Part shown: piece by piece, positions 45,926-55,556 of the stretch
How the letters are laid out: the number at the start of each line of letters is the position of its first letter
How positions within the stretch are numbered: the stretch's first letter is position 1
Source of the DNA: Phycisphaerales bacterium
Lineage (GTDB): Bacteria > Planctomycetota > Phycisphaerae > Sedimentisphaerales > Anaerobacaceae
Direction of reading: 5' to 3'
NCBI GenBank assembly: GCA_003141315.1
Contig: PLLP01000006.1
Coordinates: 86,641 to 150,640, forward strand
Length of the DNA: 64,000 bases
The notes under the pieces: generated by a model
Database searches by the model: none
What the model was told of the DNA's origin: nothing
What the model saw: the letters and a program-made list of their open reading frames with translations, nothing else
Translations under genes and position numbers: made by a program

Positions 45926-47830
45926 TTATTCGGACTTTGGCATGTCCGCGAGGATTTTCTTTACCTTTTCAGCGTAAAAATTATCGTGGTATCGGTTCAA
46001 AAAGCCGGAAAGCAAATCCCTGGTTTCCGAGAGCAGCTTTTTCTTTTGTTCGGAAGCGGTCTGCTGCTCCGACCATAATCGTTTCTTTAGCATTGCCAGT
46101 TCATAGAGGGCCTGCATTCCGCCATCGGTGCCGGTATATTTTGTGTACAAAGACGCCAGCTTTTCCATTCGCAACTGGTCGTCAGCAATAAGCATTATCC
46201 TGGCGAGGAGCAGATTATCATACAAGCCGTCCTTTTCGCTTGTCTGGCTGATAAGCTCATCGAGTTGCTGGGGGTAATCAGTACTGTGGGGATTGAGCAT
46301 AACAAATCTTGCCAGCCTGGCCTCTGACTTCTGGCTGCCTTTAAGGTTTTCAGGTCCAATGAGGCTGCGAAGCTGATAAATTCGGGTCTGCAGCTCGGTA
46401 AGTTTAAATGGCGTCATAACGGTATCTGCGGGCGGCCTGAAAAGGTTGAAAATATTATCTTCCTGCTTAGTGTCCTCATTGGCTTGCGCAAGTTTTTCGT
46501 CGAGCATCTTCTGGGCTTCCGCCAGCAAACTATCCGCCTCTGTAAATCTGCCCATCCCCGCCCAGTGTCTCGCGATGCGCCATCGTGCCTCGAGTGATTC
46601 GATGCTGTTGGGATATTCCCCGAAAAGACGAATCCAGATTCCAAAAACACTTTCATAAGGATAATCGCTGTAAAAAGAAAGGGTCTCTTTCTGTTCAAGC
46701 TCCCTGATATCAGGACTATACTCACTGAGAATGGCCTTATAATACAGGGCTATAGGCATACGCCTGCTTTCAGTTCGCGTCTCAATAAACCTGTCAAAAT
46801 CCCTGAGCAGCTGTTCTCTTTTGTCCTGGAATCTCAATTCAGGGCCGGCATTAAACCACCAGGGCCAGGTGCCATTAGCAAGCCGTTCCAGTATCACGCC
46901 TTTTAGTTTGCCCCGAAGCACTATCGGTTCAGCGGGATAAAAATAGGCCTTGAGCAATCTATCAACAACCGGCTTATCGGCCAATGTTTTGTCGAGGGTT
47001 TGTGTAATGCCGTGAGAGCGGAATTCCTCGACAAGCTCTGGATTGTTCTTTGCCACATATAATTGGTAATCCAGTTCATCGAACCCCATACGGGTATTAA
47101 AAACGACAGCCGCCAGCACAAGCACTAAGCTCGTTGAGGCAAAGACGAGGCCCGGCCTGTATCGCACAAAATGACCAACACCCACAACTGCGCCTGCGAT
47201 ACATAAACCCGCAAGCCAGGCACAAATCCACGGCGTATATGCAAAGCCCCAGACAAGCGGTTCGGAACCTTTGACCCTGCTGAACAATGCCCAGTAAAAA
47301 AGCTGAGGAGCGATACAGAGGGCAATTGATGCAAAGCGGGAGCGAAACCGCAACGGCCTGACAGCTACCGCAAAACAGCTTAAGAGGACAAAGAAAGCAA
47401 AACCCGGCATACCGGCAAGCAAAAATATCTCCGCGACGAAAGGCAGGCAGTACCGGAAACTCATAAGCTGGGATACAAGCACAGGTTCAACCGCGAGGAT
47501 ACCCATAAGCAGGCCGAGCACAAGTATCTGCCAGGGGTATTCAAAAATAGAGATGCCTTCCGTGACAAACCTGCCAAGGTCCCAGCCCCTTAGATAAACA
47601 AGAGCGTCAAAATCAAACCCCCAGAAGCTGCCGGTAAGCATCTTCGACCAGAACAGGCAGGTAATCCCAAAGACTAATATCGAGAAAAACCAAAATATCA
47701 GGACGTTGCGGTGGCTATAGTGGAGGGTGGGGCCAACCGTCATAAATGACTTGGTGGTGACTATTTGCGTTTTTTCTGTTTCCTGCTCTGGCATTATCAA
47801 TCCGGCTGTTCTGCACAGCAAACTCCGCAA
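45926..47830 (-). CDS. Polytopic membrane protein with a helical-repeat (TPR-like) C-terminal half; function unknown
   Basis: About 8 hydrophobic segments in the first 270 aa, then an all-helical soluble region. No family recognised. Confidence 0.6.
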   Translation of the reverse strand: MRSLLCRTAGLIMPEQETEKTQIVTTKSFMTVGPTLHYSHRNVLIFWFFSILVFGITCLFWSKMLTGSFWGFDFDALVYLRGWDLGRFVTEGISIFEYPWQILVLGLLMGILAVEPVLVSQLMSFRYCLPFVAEIFLLAGMPGFAFFVLLSCFAVAVRPLRFRSRFASIALCIAPQLFYWALFSRVKGSEPLVWGFAYTPWICAWLAGLCIAGAVVGVGHFVRYRPGLVFASTSLVLVLAAVVFNTRMGFDELDYQLYVAKNNPELVEEFRSHGITQTLDKTLADKPVVDRLLKAYFYPAEPIVLRGKLKGVILERLANGTWPWWFNAGPELRFQDKREQLLRDFDRFIETRTESRRMPIALYYKAILSEYSPDIRELEQKETLSFYSDYPYESVFGIWIRLFGEYPNSIESLEARWRIARHWAGMGRFTEADSLLAEAQKMLDEKLAQANEDTKQEDNIFNLFRPPADTVMTPFKLTELQTRIYQLRSLIGPENLKGSQKSEARLARFVMLNPHSTDYPQQLDELISQTSEKDGLYDNLLLARIMLIADDQLRMEKLASLYTKYTGTDGGMQALYELAMLKKRLWSEQQTASEQKKKLLSETRDLLSGFLNRYHDNFYAEKVKKILADMPKSE

Positions 47831-48029
47831 AACAGCATCTGAAAAGAATCGTTAAAATTTTTAAAAACAGCTCCGGCCTGCCTTCCTTCGAATTCGCGTA
47901 ATTGTAACCAAAAACGGCAAAAAATAATAGTCGAAACTGCGAAATATTTGCTTTAAGTCCGATGTCGAACCTACTTGAAATGAAAGGATGCCGCCGGCAC
48001 GCCAAAAGGCTGGAGGGTTCGTGGAAAAA

Positions 48030-49178
48030 TCAGAAGACAAGATAATTTTGAGCCTTATTTAACCTAACACCGGCCATCCCAGCATCGCCCAGATACCGCA
48101 GCTTGCCCATTTCCCTAATTTCTAATATTCTATTAACGGTAATCGGGCCAAGCCCCGGCACGCGGAGCAGCTCCAATTTTGAGGCCTTATTAACATTCAT
48201 CGGGAAAAACTCCGGATGCCTGTTCGCCCAGACCTGCTTGGGGTCCAGTTCCAACGAAAGGTTCTCGTTATCATCGAAAAAGACGTCTGATTCGTCAAAG
48301 TGATATTTGCGCATCAAAAAATCTACCTGATAAAGCCGGTGTTCCCTGATGAAGGAATTCGAGGACTGTTCATCGGCGGCTCTTTCGCCATCGATAGACG
48401 GGTCGCCCAATCCTTTTTGGTATGCGCTAAAATAGACCCTGTGCATATTGAGGCGGTTATACAATGCCGCGGTATATTTTACGATTTGCCGGTCGCTCTC
48501 CCCTGCCGCACCGACGATGAACTGGGTTGTCTGTTTGACATTGGCATATTTTTCGCCTTTTGCGGTGAGATTGCTTATTAGTTTTATTGGCTCGATAATA
48601 TCGCGGATGTAATCCTTTTTAGCTGATAGCTTTGCGAGATTCTGCTTACCGGGGGTTTCGATATTCAGCGATACGGCGCTGGCAAGCGACAAGGCCTCTT
48701 CGATGGCGGCAGGACTTGAACCGGGGATAATTTTCAGATGAATATAGCCTCTAAAGCGGTGCTTGCCGCGGATAATTTTGGCAACGGAATTGAGCCTGTC
48801 CATCGTGGTATCCGGCGAGCCGAAAGTGGCGGAACTTAAAAACAGGCCGTGAACCTCGCCTGCCCGCAGGTAATCCATAAAAGAACTGGCTGTTTCATCG
48901 GGGCTCAGGCTGCAACGTCTTATATCCGATTGCTGCCTGAGGGGGCAGTATTTGCAGTCGTTAACGCAGACGTTTGAGAGCAGAGTCTTAAAGAGAACGC
49001 TTGTGCCGCCGTTGGGGAGCGTGACGGGGTAAATCCACTTGCCCTGCGGTGTTCGCCTGCGATGCTCCTCTTTTTTGCTGCCGCACGCACAAGCAAGGTC
49101 GTACTGCGCATCGGAGCTGAGCATCTGAAGTTTGGCATGCGTATCAGGCCTGCTTACTATCGAAACCATCGCAAACAA
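48030..49178 (-). CDS. Putative DNA modification/repair radical SAM protein (TIGR03916-like) with a C-terminal HhH
   Basis: KLQMLSSDAQYDLACACG N-terminal motif; CVNDCKYCPLRQ radical-SAM cluster; ELLRVPGLGPITVNRILEIR helix-hairpin-helix. Confidence 0.82.
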   Translation of the reverse strand: MFAMVSIVSRPDTHAKLQMLSSDAQYDLACACGSKKEEHRRRTPQGKWIYPVTLPNGGTSVLFKTLLSNVCVNDCKYCPLRQQSDIRRCSLSPDETASSFMDYLRAGEVHGLFLSSATFGSPDTTMDRLNSVAKIIRGKHRFRGYIHLKIIPGSSPAAIEEALSLASAVSLNIETPGKQNLAKLSAKKDYIRDIIEPIKLISNLTAKGEKYANVKQTTQFIVGAAGESDRQIVKYTAALYNRLNMHRVYFSAYQKGLGDPSIDGERAADEQSSNSFIREHRLYQVDFLMRKYHFDESDVFFDDNENLSLELDPKQVWANRHPEFFPMNVNKASKLELLRVPGLGPITVNRILEIREMGKLRYLGDAGMAGVRLNKAQNYLVF

Positions 49179-49276
49179 CCCCTGAAAAAAAGGTATTCAT
49201 TTCGGCTTAAAGCAATTATACTTTAATTGTCAGGAAGCTGTGTGTAAAAATAATTTTTCATTTTAGGAATTTAAGG

Positions 49277-51697
49277 ATGAACGATACGGCGGCACAGGTT
49301 AACCCGGCAAAGGGCAGAGGACTTTCGATTCTCGAAAATATTTTATTGCTGATTTGCGCAGGCGTAATAGTTCTGCGTACCAGCATAGCGGAAATGCCGC
49401 TGCTGCAATCTTCCGACCGTCTTCCATATCACAATCTTGCGCCATACAGCCTGATTCTATCGATAATCCTGATAGGCGTTTTTCTGCTGTGGCTGACGGC
49501 AAGTATTCTGACTAATCAGTTTATTTACCGCAAGGCGTATAAATCGGGAATGGAAATCGGCCTGGTGCTGCTGATAATCGCATCGTGCATCGCAGTTGTC
49601 ATCGCATCCAACGGCAGGGCGGCGATTACAAACGCCATTATTTTCGCCGCACCGTTTTTTATGGTGATTTTCCTGATTCAGGTTCTCGATTCAGGATTGA
49701 AAATCAAACTTGTGCTGGCGGCAATCGCGGCGGCAGGATTTATGAACGCCTATCAGTCGGCGGACCAGTATTTTAAGGGTAACCAAGAGCTTATAAAGCA
49801 GTATAAAGAAAATCCACAAAAAATGCTCGATACAATGGGTATCGAAAAAGGCTCCATAGAACACTTTCAATTCGAGCATCGCCTGTTTTCGAAGGACATA
49901 ACCGGATATTTTACGACCAGTAATTCAACAGGCTCTTTCGCAATACTGGCGGTGTTTGCGGCAGCGGTTTTTCTGATTGAAAAGATAAAGAGCAGGAAGA
50001 ACCCCGGCGCCGACCCCTGGCACATAATTACCTGCGGTGTCGTTGCATTGGCAATCCTCGCCACACTACTATTCACCCACAGCAAAGGGGCTATCACAGC
50101 ATTTATCATTGCAGTTATATTTTTTGCGGGCGCCCTGCTTTTCGGAAAACAGCTTTATGCCTATCGCAGGAAGATTGCATTTATCGCTGTCTTGCTTGTG
50201 GCAGCCGCTTTAGCTGCATTATTTTATTATGGCCTGTCTCACCATAAGCTGCCGGGCGGCAATTCGATGCTGGTAAGGCAGCAGTATTGGCAATCGGCTG
50301 TCAGGATTTATGAAGACCATCCGCTTACGGGCATAGGCGGGGGCAATTTCGCGAATTACTATTTTCATTATAAAATGCCGCAATCCCTCGAATCGGTTTC
50401 AGACCCGCACAATTTTCTGCTCAGTATATTAGTTCAGTATGGCCCGCTGGGGCTGGCGGGTTTTTTGGCGATAATAATTATCCCGTTATACCTGATTATT
50501 TTTCCTCCTCTCACGAGGACGGCACAGTCAGTTCGTAGCGCAATTGACGAGCCTATAAATTTGAAATTTGAAATTTCAAATTTCAAACTTAACAGGATTG
50601 TTGTTGCGGGAGCTGCCTTTGCAATGCTGCTGCTTATCAGGCCCCTGGTTGACCCCCTGCCCAAAGGGGTTTTGCCGGAAGAACGAATTGCATCCCTGTT
50701 TATTTTATACCTTATACCCGCGGCTGCTTTTCTCATAGGATTCCTGCTCATATCAGCCGGTGGCTTGTTCAATCAAACCGCCGGCACTACACTCCAAAAC
50801 GAAGCGGGAGAGGCGGCTTACCCGATTGAAATTGTTGCCGCATTATTTTGCGCTGTGGCGGGCGTTCTGATGCACAACGTTGTGGATTTTGCGATTCTTG
50901 AGCCGCCGGTTCTTACTGCATTTTGCGCTTGTCTTGCCTGTTTAGTCTCGACCGATTTAAATTACCGCGGGCAAGGCGTTGCCATTCGTAAACTGCAGCC
51001 GGCCGGCAAGGCGTTGCCGGTTGCCGCATCGATAGCAGTATTTATCGCTGTTTTGTATTTTGGTTTAATGCCGGTCAAAAAGAGTCTTAACGAAATGGCC
51101 GGTGCAAACAGTTTTGCCGTAATCGGGCAATTCGGCCAGGCTCATTTACTCCTCGAAAGTGCGACCAAAGATGACCCGTTAAGTCCGCTGGGCCCATCGG
51201 TCAACGGCAGATTTTATACGGCAGAATATCTGGGGGCTGCGGTGAATGCCGCCAAGGCAGGGAAGCCGGACAACAATACCGGCTTGTTATTCGACAAGGC
51301 AGAGAAAAACCTGCTCGAAGCGATAAGACGGGACAAGGCCAGCTACAAGGATTACGAACGGCTGAGCAATTTGTATGTGCTGTCGGCTGAGCAAAATTCA
51401 GAGCCGCAAAAAAAAGCCGAATGGTTAAATAAGGCTTATAAAACAGCGGAACAGACTGTTGCTCTTTATCCATCGTCCGACAAGCTCCGGTTTTATATTG
51501 CCCAAATCGCCGGCGAGCTCGGCAACAAAGATGTTGCGCTGGAGAATTACAAAAAGGCGGTAGAGTTCGAGGACGCATTCAGGGAGCAATTCAGGATAAT
51601 GTATCCCGGCTGGAAGTCTTCCTCCGGCGAGTTCAGCAGGCTTGGCCAGGACAAATACGATGCGGCGAAAAAACAAATTGAATTGCTCTCGAAATGA
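49277..51697 (+). CDS. O-antigen ligase (Wzy_C)-like polytopic membrane protein with a C-terminal TPR-like domain
   Basis: More than 10 TM segments. THSKGAITAFII...HPLTGIGGGNF...DPHNFLLSILVQYG matches the Wzy_C core. Confidence 0.75.
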   Translation: MNDTAAQVNPAKGRGLSILENILLLICAGVIVLRTSIAEMPLLQSSDRLPYHNLAPYSLILSIILIGVFLLWLTASILTNQFIYRKAYKSGMEIGLVLLIIASCIAVVIASNGRAAITNAIIFAAPFFMVIFLIQVLDSGLKIKLVLAAIAAAGFMNAYQSADQYFKGNQELIKQYKENPQKMLDTMGIEKGSIEHFQFEHRLFSKDITGYFTTSNSTGSFAILAVFAAAVFLIEKIKSRKNPGADPWHIITCGVVALAILATLLFTHSKGAITAFIIAVIFFAGALLFGKQLYAYRRKIAFIAVLLVAAALAALFYYGLSHHKLPGGNSMLVRQQYWQSAVRIYEDHPLTGIGGGNFANYYFHYKMPQSLESVSDPHNFLLSILVQYGPLGLAGFLAIIIIPLYLIIFPPLTRTAQSVRSAIDEPINLKFEISNFKLNRIVVAGAAFAMLLLIRPLVDPLPKGVLPEERIASLFILYLIPAAAFLIGFLLISAGGLFNQTAGTTLQNEAGEAAYPIEIVAALFCAVAGVLMHNVVDFAILEPPVLTAFCACLACLVSTDLNYRGQGVAIRKLQPAGKALPVAASIAVFIAVLYFGLMPVKKSLNEMAGANSFAVIGQFGQAHLLLESATKDDPLSPLGPSVNGRFYTAEYLGAAVNAAKAGKPDNNTGLLFDKAEKNLLEAIRRDKASYKDYERLSNLYVLSAEQNSEPQKKAEWLNKAYKTAEQTVALYPSSDKLRFYIAQIAGELGNKDVALENYKKAVEFEDAFREQFRIMYPGWKSSSGEFSRLGQDKYDAAKKQIELLSK
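50560..50587. repeat. Perfect 28-bp AT-rich palindrome embedded in-frame in the O-antigen-ligase-like CDS
   Basis: tttgaaatttgaaatttcaaatttcaaa equals its own reverse complement. It encodes part of ...NLKFEISNFKLN... Confidence 0.95.
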
Positions 51698-51750
51698 TAG
51701 ATTCGGCAGGCTCACTACATGACCGGCAAATAAATTTTCGATGATTGACG

Positions 51751-52857
51751 CTACATATTTATAAGTTGGCGAGCGATTAGTTCGGCGGCGTTTCTTTTGG
51801 CAATCGCAAGGCAATTGTTTTTCATCTCCGCACGTTTCGCATCGTTCTTCATCAAATCCGCCAGCTCTTCGGCAAGCCATTCTTTCCTATCCTGTGCATC
51901 GGGCAGGTCGTCAACGATTATCGCTGCACCGGCCTCGACGAGTATGCCGGCGTTTAGATACTGGTGTCTGTCCTTGTGATAAGGATACGGCATACAAATA
52001 CTGGGAGCGGATGCAACGGCGTATTCGGCGACGCTGCCCGCGCCGCTTCTGCCGATAAGCAAATCCGCCGCCGACAGGAGGTCTGCCATATCATCGTAAT
52101 AGTCGACTACTTTATAGGTAAATTTGGCGCCGGCATATCCGGTTTTTACCTGTTCAAAATTATTGACGCCCGCCAGATGTACGACCTGCCAGGTATCGGC
52201 GAAACAATTCAGGAGACCGGTGAGCGAGCAGAGCGTGGTGTTGATATTCTGCGAGCCGCTCGATGCGCCGGTGATAAGCAGAATCTTTTTGTTTTTATCC
52301 AAACCGAGCCGTTCGATTGCCCTTTTCGGTTCCGGATTTTCAAATGAGCTTCTTAGCGGGCAGCCGACAACGCTGATTTTGTCTTTTTGCTTTTTTAAAT
52401 ATTGTTTAGTCTCATCGAATTGAACGAAAATTTGTCCTGCCCAGCGTGCGATGAGCTTATTTGCCTTTCCTGGGACAATATCGACATTAATAAGGAATAG
52501 CGGCAATTTTCGTTTGTGCGCCATCCAGCAAACAGGGGCGGCGGCAAACCCTCCGATACCGATTATGACGGGATTGGGGCATTGTGCGATTTTCTGCCCC
52601 GCGATTTCGGCGCTCTGGAAAAACGTCCTGAAAAATTTCAGCAAAGCTGCTGGGCGCAGCGAGAAACCTTCCGCAGATAGCTGCGTAAATTCAAAGCCGG
52701 CTTTCGAGAGGATTTTTTTGTCGATTTCCCTTTTGCTGCAGAAGAAGTGAATTTTGGAATCTGGTTCGAGTTTTTTTATTTTTTCCGCAACGGCAATCGC
52801 GGGGTAAATATGCCCGCCCGTTCCGCCGCCCGCAAAGAAAAAGCACCTGCCGGTCAT
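51751..52857 (-). CDS. murG: UDP-GlcNAc:undecaprenyl-PP-MurNAc-pentapeptide GlcNAc transferase
   Basis: FFAGGGTGGHIYPAIAVAE, GIGGFAA, ITGASSGS and GRSGAGSVAE motifs. Confidence 0.93.
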   Translation of the reverse strand: MTGRCFFFAGGGTGGHIYPAIAVAEKIKKLEPDSKIHFFCSKREIDKKILSKAGFEFTQLSAEGFSLRPAALLKFFRTFFQSAEIAGQKIAQCPNPVIIGIGGFAAAPVCWMAHKRKLPLFLINVDIVPGKANKLIARWAGQIFVQFDETKQYLKKQKDKISVVGCPLRSSFENPEPKRAIERLGLDKNKKILLITGASSGSQNINTTLCSLTGLLNCFADTWQVVHLAGVNNFEQVKTGYAGAKFTYKVVDYYDDMADLLSAADLLIGRSGAGSVAEYAVASAPSICMPYPYHKDRHQYLNAGILVEAGAAIIVDDLPDAQDRKEWLAEELADLMKNDAKRAEMKNNCLAIAKRNAAELIARQLINM

Positions 52858-54287
52858 TGCACCTGCTGCTCCTCCAGTTCTTCATTCGGCTGAACGCCCG
52901 ACGAGCCTGGAACATCAGAGGGAAATTTCGCAGAAGGGATTTTTTGTCCCTGCGAATAAAAAGATACAATCGGCTGCGAATGCACGTCCTGCTGAACGCC
53001 TGCCTGCTGCGAGGCGGCAGTATTGCAGAAAGCGGCAGACCCGGTCGCCCGCCACGCGGCGGGCTGTGATTTTGCAATATTGAGCAGGACTCCGACAGCA
53101 GCAGCGGCGAGCAGCATTCCGGTGCCTCCCGCACTAACAAACGGGAGCGGAATGCCTTTTGTTGGTAAAACTACGGTGACAACGCCGATGTTGATTACCG
53201 CCTGCAGGCCAATGGCAAGCACGATGCCGGTTGCCAGTAATTTGCCGAAGGGGTCGTTGCATTTTCTGACGACCGATGCCGCGAGGATGACAAACGTAAT
53301 AAATAAAATAATCACAACAGTCGTGCCGGCAAAGCCAAGCTCCTCGCCGATGATTGCGAAGATAAAATCAGTGGTATCTTCCGGCAGATGACCGTATTTG
53401 CAGATGCCTTTACCGAGGCCTTTGCCGAAAGCGCCGCCGGAACCTACGGCGATAAGCGACTGGCTCGCCTGATAATTGGATGAACCTGAAAGCTCCGCCG
53501 GGTGCAAAAATGAGGTAATCCGCTGCATCCTTTCGGGGTAAAGCAGCAAGATAAGCAAAAAGCCAACAAGAATAAAAGGAACCGGTATCAGCAGATGCTT
53601 CCATTTCGCACCGCCAAGTGCGAGGATTAAAAATGCGAGCAGCGAGAGGAAGGCAGCGGTGCCGAGGTCTTCGATAACGATAAGAAAGACAGCCGCCCCA
53701 ACAACGCCGCAGAGCGGGACGAATCTCTGTTTAAACTGGTGCAGGGTATCGGCATATTTTATACAGGCGCCCGAGAGGAAAAAAACGACCGCCCACTTTG
53801 CAAGTTCTGAGGGCTGAAAACTCATTGTCATAGGGCCGAGCGGAATTTTCAGCCAGCGGTAATGCTGATTGACCTTCGGAATAAATGAGTGCAGAAACGG
53901 CACAACCCTCTGGCTAAGAACAAGCGCCAGCAGAATTATGCTAACGACCAAAAAGCAGACGCTGGCAGATTTGAGCAGGGGTTCAGTGAGGGCAAATTTT
54001 TTGTAATCGAACCTGGAAGCGATAAAAAGGATCGCAACCGCCACCGGAAAAAAGAATATCTGCCTGAGGTTCGGCGATTCGTAAAACCGCCGCCAGTCAA
54101 TATCCGAAGTGACGCTGGCCGACGCCGAAAAGACAAAAATAGTGCCGACCGCCATTAGCACAATGACGATAAAGCCTATAGCATCAGGCAGCCAGTTCTT
54201 ACCGCTTTGTATAACCATTGGTTCGACAGGCTCACCACTTTTGTTAATAATAAGGTTATGAAAACTGCACAATAAAGTAAATTTCAA
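52854..54287 (-). CDS. ftsW: FtsW/RodA/SpoVE family peptidoglycan glycosyltransferase with a low-complexity C-terminal tail of about 70 aa
   Basis: QPSELAKW, LPEDTTDFIFAIIGEELG and LPTKGIPLPFVSAGGT motifs. There is a 4-nt overlap with murG. The start is uncertain; ATG at 54218 is an alternative. Confidence 0.88.
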   Translation of the reverse strand: MKFTLLCSFHNLIINKSGEPVEPMVIQSGKNWLPDAIGFIVIVLMAVGTIFVFSASASVTSDIDWRRFYESPNLRQIFFFPVAVAILFIASRFDYKKFALTEPLLKSASVCFLVVSIILLALVLSQRVVPFLHSFIPKVNQHYRWLKIPLGPMTMSFQPSELAKWAVVFFLSGACIKYADTLHQFKQRFVPLCGVVGAAVFLIVIEDLGTAAFLSLLAFLILALGGAKWKHLLIPVPFILVGFLLILLLYPERMQRITSFLHPAELSGSSNYQASQSLIAVGSGGAFGKGLGKGICKYGHLPEDTTDFIFAIIGEELGFAGTTVVIILFITFVILAASVVRKCNDPFGKLLATGIVLAIGLQAVINIGVVTVVLPTKGIPLPFVSAGGTGMLLAAAAVGVLLNIAKSQPAAWRATGSAAFCNTAASQQAGVQQDVHSQPIVSFYSQGQKIPSAKFPSDVPGSSGVQPNEELEEQQVQ

Positions 54288-54440
54288 CTCTACAGGATTA
54301 TTTTCGGCGTTTGAAGGCCAATTACAGCAGAAATTTATTCTTCCGGTTTCAATACGCCATTGACGCAGCAGCGGATGAAAATCGTAATGCTGCCGTCAGG
54401 CAACATAGCATTCAGGAGACGCAGGAGACTTGCGGTAATT

Positions 54441-55556
54441 TTACCGATTATCGAAAAAGTTATTGAGGATTTGAACAACCCTTTTTGAGGCGTTGCCATC
54501 CCACAACGGCGGAGGCGTATAGCCGGCTTTATCAAAGTGCCTGGCCCAATCCAGGGCAGACGACACTTTAGCAAGGTCGAGACCCGTTATGCGATTGGTT
54601 CCTTTTTCCACGGTAAGTGGACGCTCGGTGTTATCCCGCAGGGTGATGCAGGGTATTCCGAGCCAGGTGCTTTCCTCCTGGATTCCGCCGGAGTCGGTAA
54701 GAATGAAACTCGAAGAAATCATCAGATTGATAAAATCGAAATAGCCGACAGGCCCAATCATTTTAAGATTTTTTATCGAATTAAATTCGTTTTCCAGGCC
54801 GAATGTATTCAGGTTTTTTCTGGTTCGCGGATGAATCGGGAAAACCAGCTCATCCTGCGAGGCTGCCTGTTTCAATATGGACAGCAGAACTTCGAGACAA
54901 GGCCTGTTATCGACATTCGATGGGCGGTGCATAGTCACAAGGCCGAACTTTTTACCCTTTAGGTTCAATTTTTCTGCCGTCCCGTTATTCCTGATTTCAC
55001 GGAGATTATTTTTCAGGGAATCAATCATCAAATTTCCCACCAGATAAACTCGCTCTTCATTTATACCCTCGTTTTTCAAATTCACCGTGCCGGACGGCTC
55101 GCTGGCAAAAAGCAGGTCTGAAATCCGGTCGGTAAGAATGCGGTTTATCTCTTCAGGCATAGTCATATCGAAACTGCGCAGACCAGCCTCAATATGAGCA
55201 ACCGGGATGTTTAATTTTGCGGCAGCCAGCGCGGCAGCGATAGTGGAATTAACATCGCCGACAACTACCACAAGCGCGGGCGGCTTTTGCAGCAGAAGCT
55301 GCTCCATCTTAATCAGGACCTGTCCCGTTTGAAAGCCGTGCGTCCCGGAACCAACGCCGAGCGAAAAATCCGGTGTCGGGAGTCCAAGGTTTTTAAGAAA
55401 TATATCAGACATAGAAAAATCATAGTGCTGGCCCGTATGAACAATCCGTGTCTCGAAGCGAGATTCGAGAGGCTTTAGGGCGTGCCAAAGCGGGGCGATT
55501 TTCATAAAATTAGGCCTGGCACCTGCAATGAGATAAATTGCTATTTGTCCGGGCAT
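54441..55556 (-). CDS. wecB: UDP-N-acetylglucosamine 2-epimerase (non-hydrolysing; WecB/WbpI-like)
   Basis: GARPNFMKIAPL, VHTGQHYD, VGDVNST, EAGLRSFD, HRPSNVD and LTDSGGIQEE motifs. Confidence 0.92.
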   Translation of the reverse strand: MPGQIAIYLIAGARPNFMKIAPLWHALKPLESRFETRIVHTGQHYDFSMSDIFLKNLGLPTPDFSLGVGSGTHGFQTGQVLIKMEQLLLQKPPALVVVVGDVNSTIAAALAAAKLNIPVAHIEAGLRSFDMTMPEEINRILTDRISDLLFASEPSGTVNLKNEGINEERVYLVGNLMIDSLKNNLREIRNNGTAEKLNLKGKKFGLVTMHRPSNVDNRPCLEVLLSILKQAASQDELVFPIHPRTRKNLNTFGLENEFNSIKNLKMIGPVGYFDFINLMISSSFILTDSGGIQEESTWLGIPCITLRDNTERPLTVEKGTNRITGLDLAKVSSALDWARHFDKAGYTPPPLWDGNASKRVVQILNNFFDNR

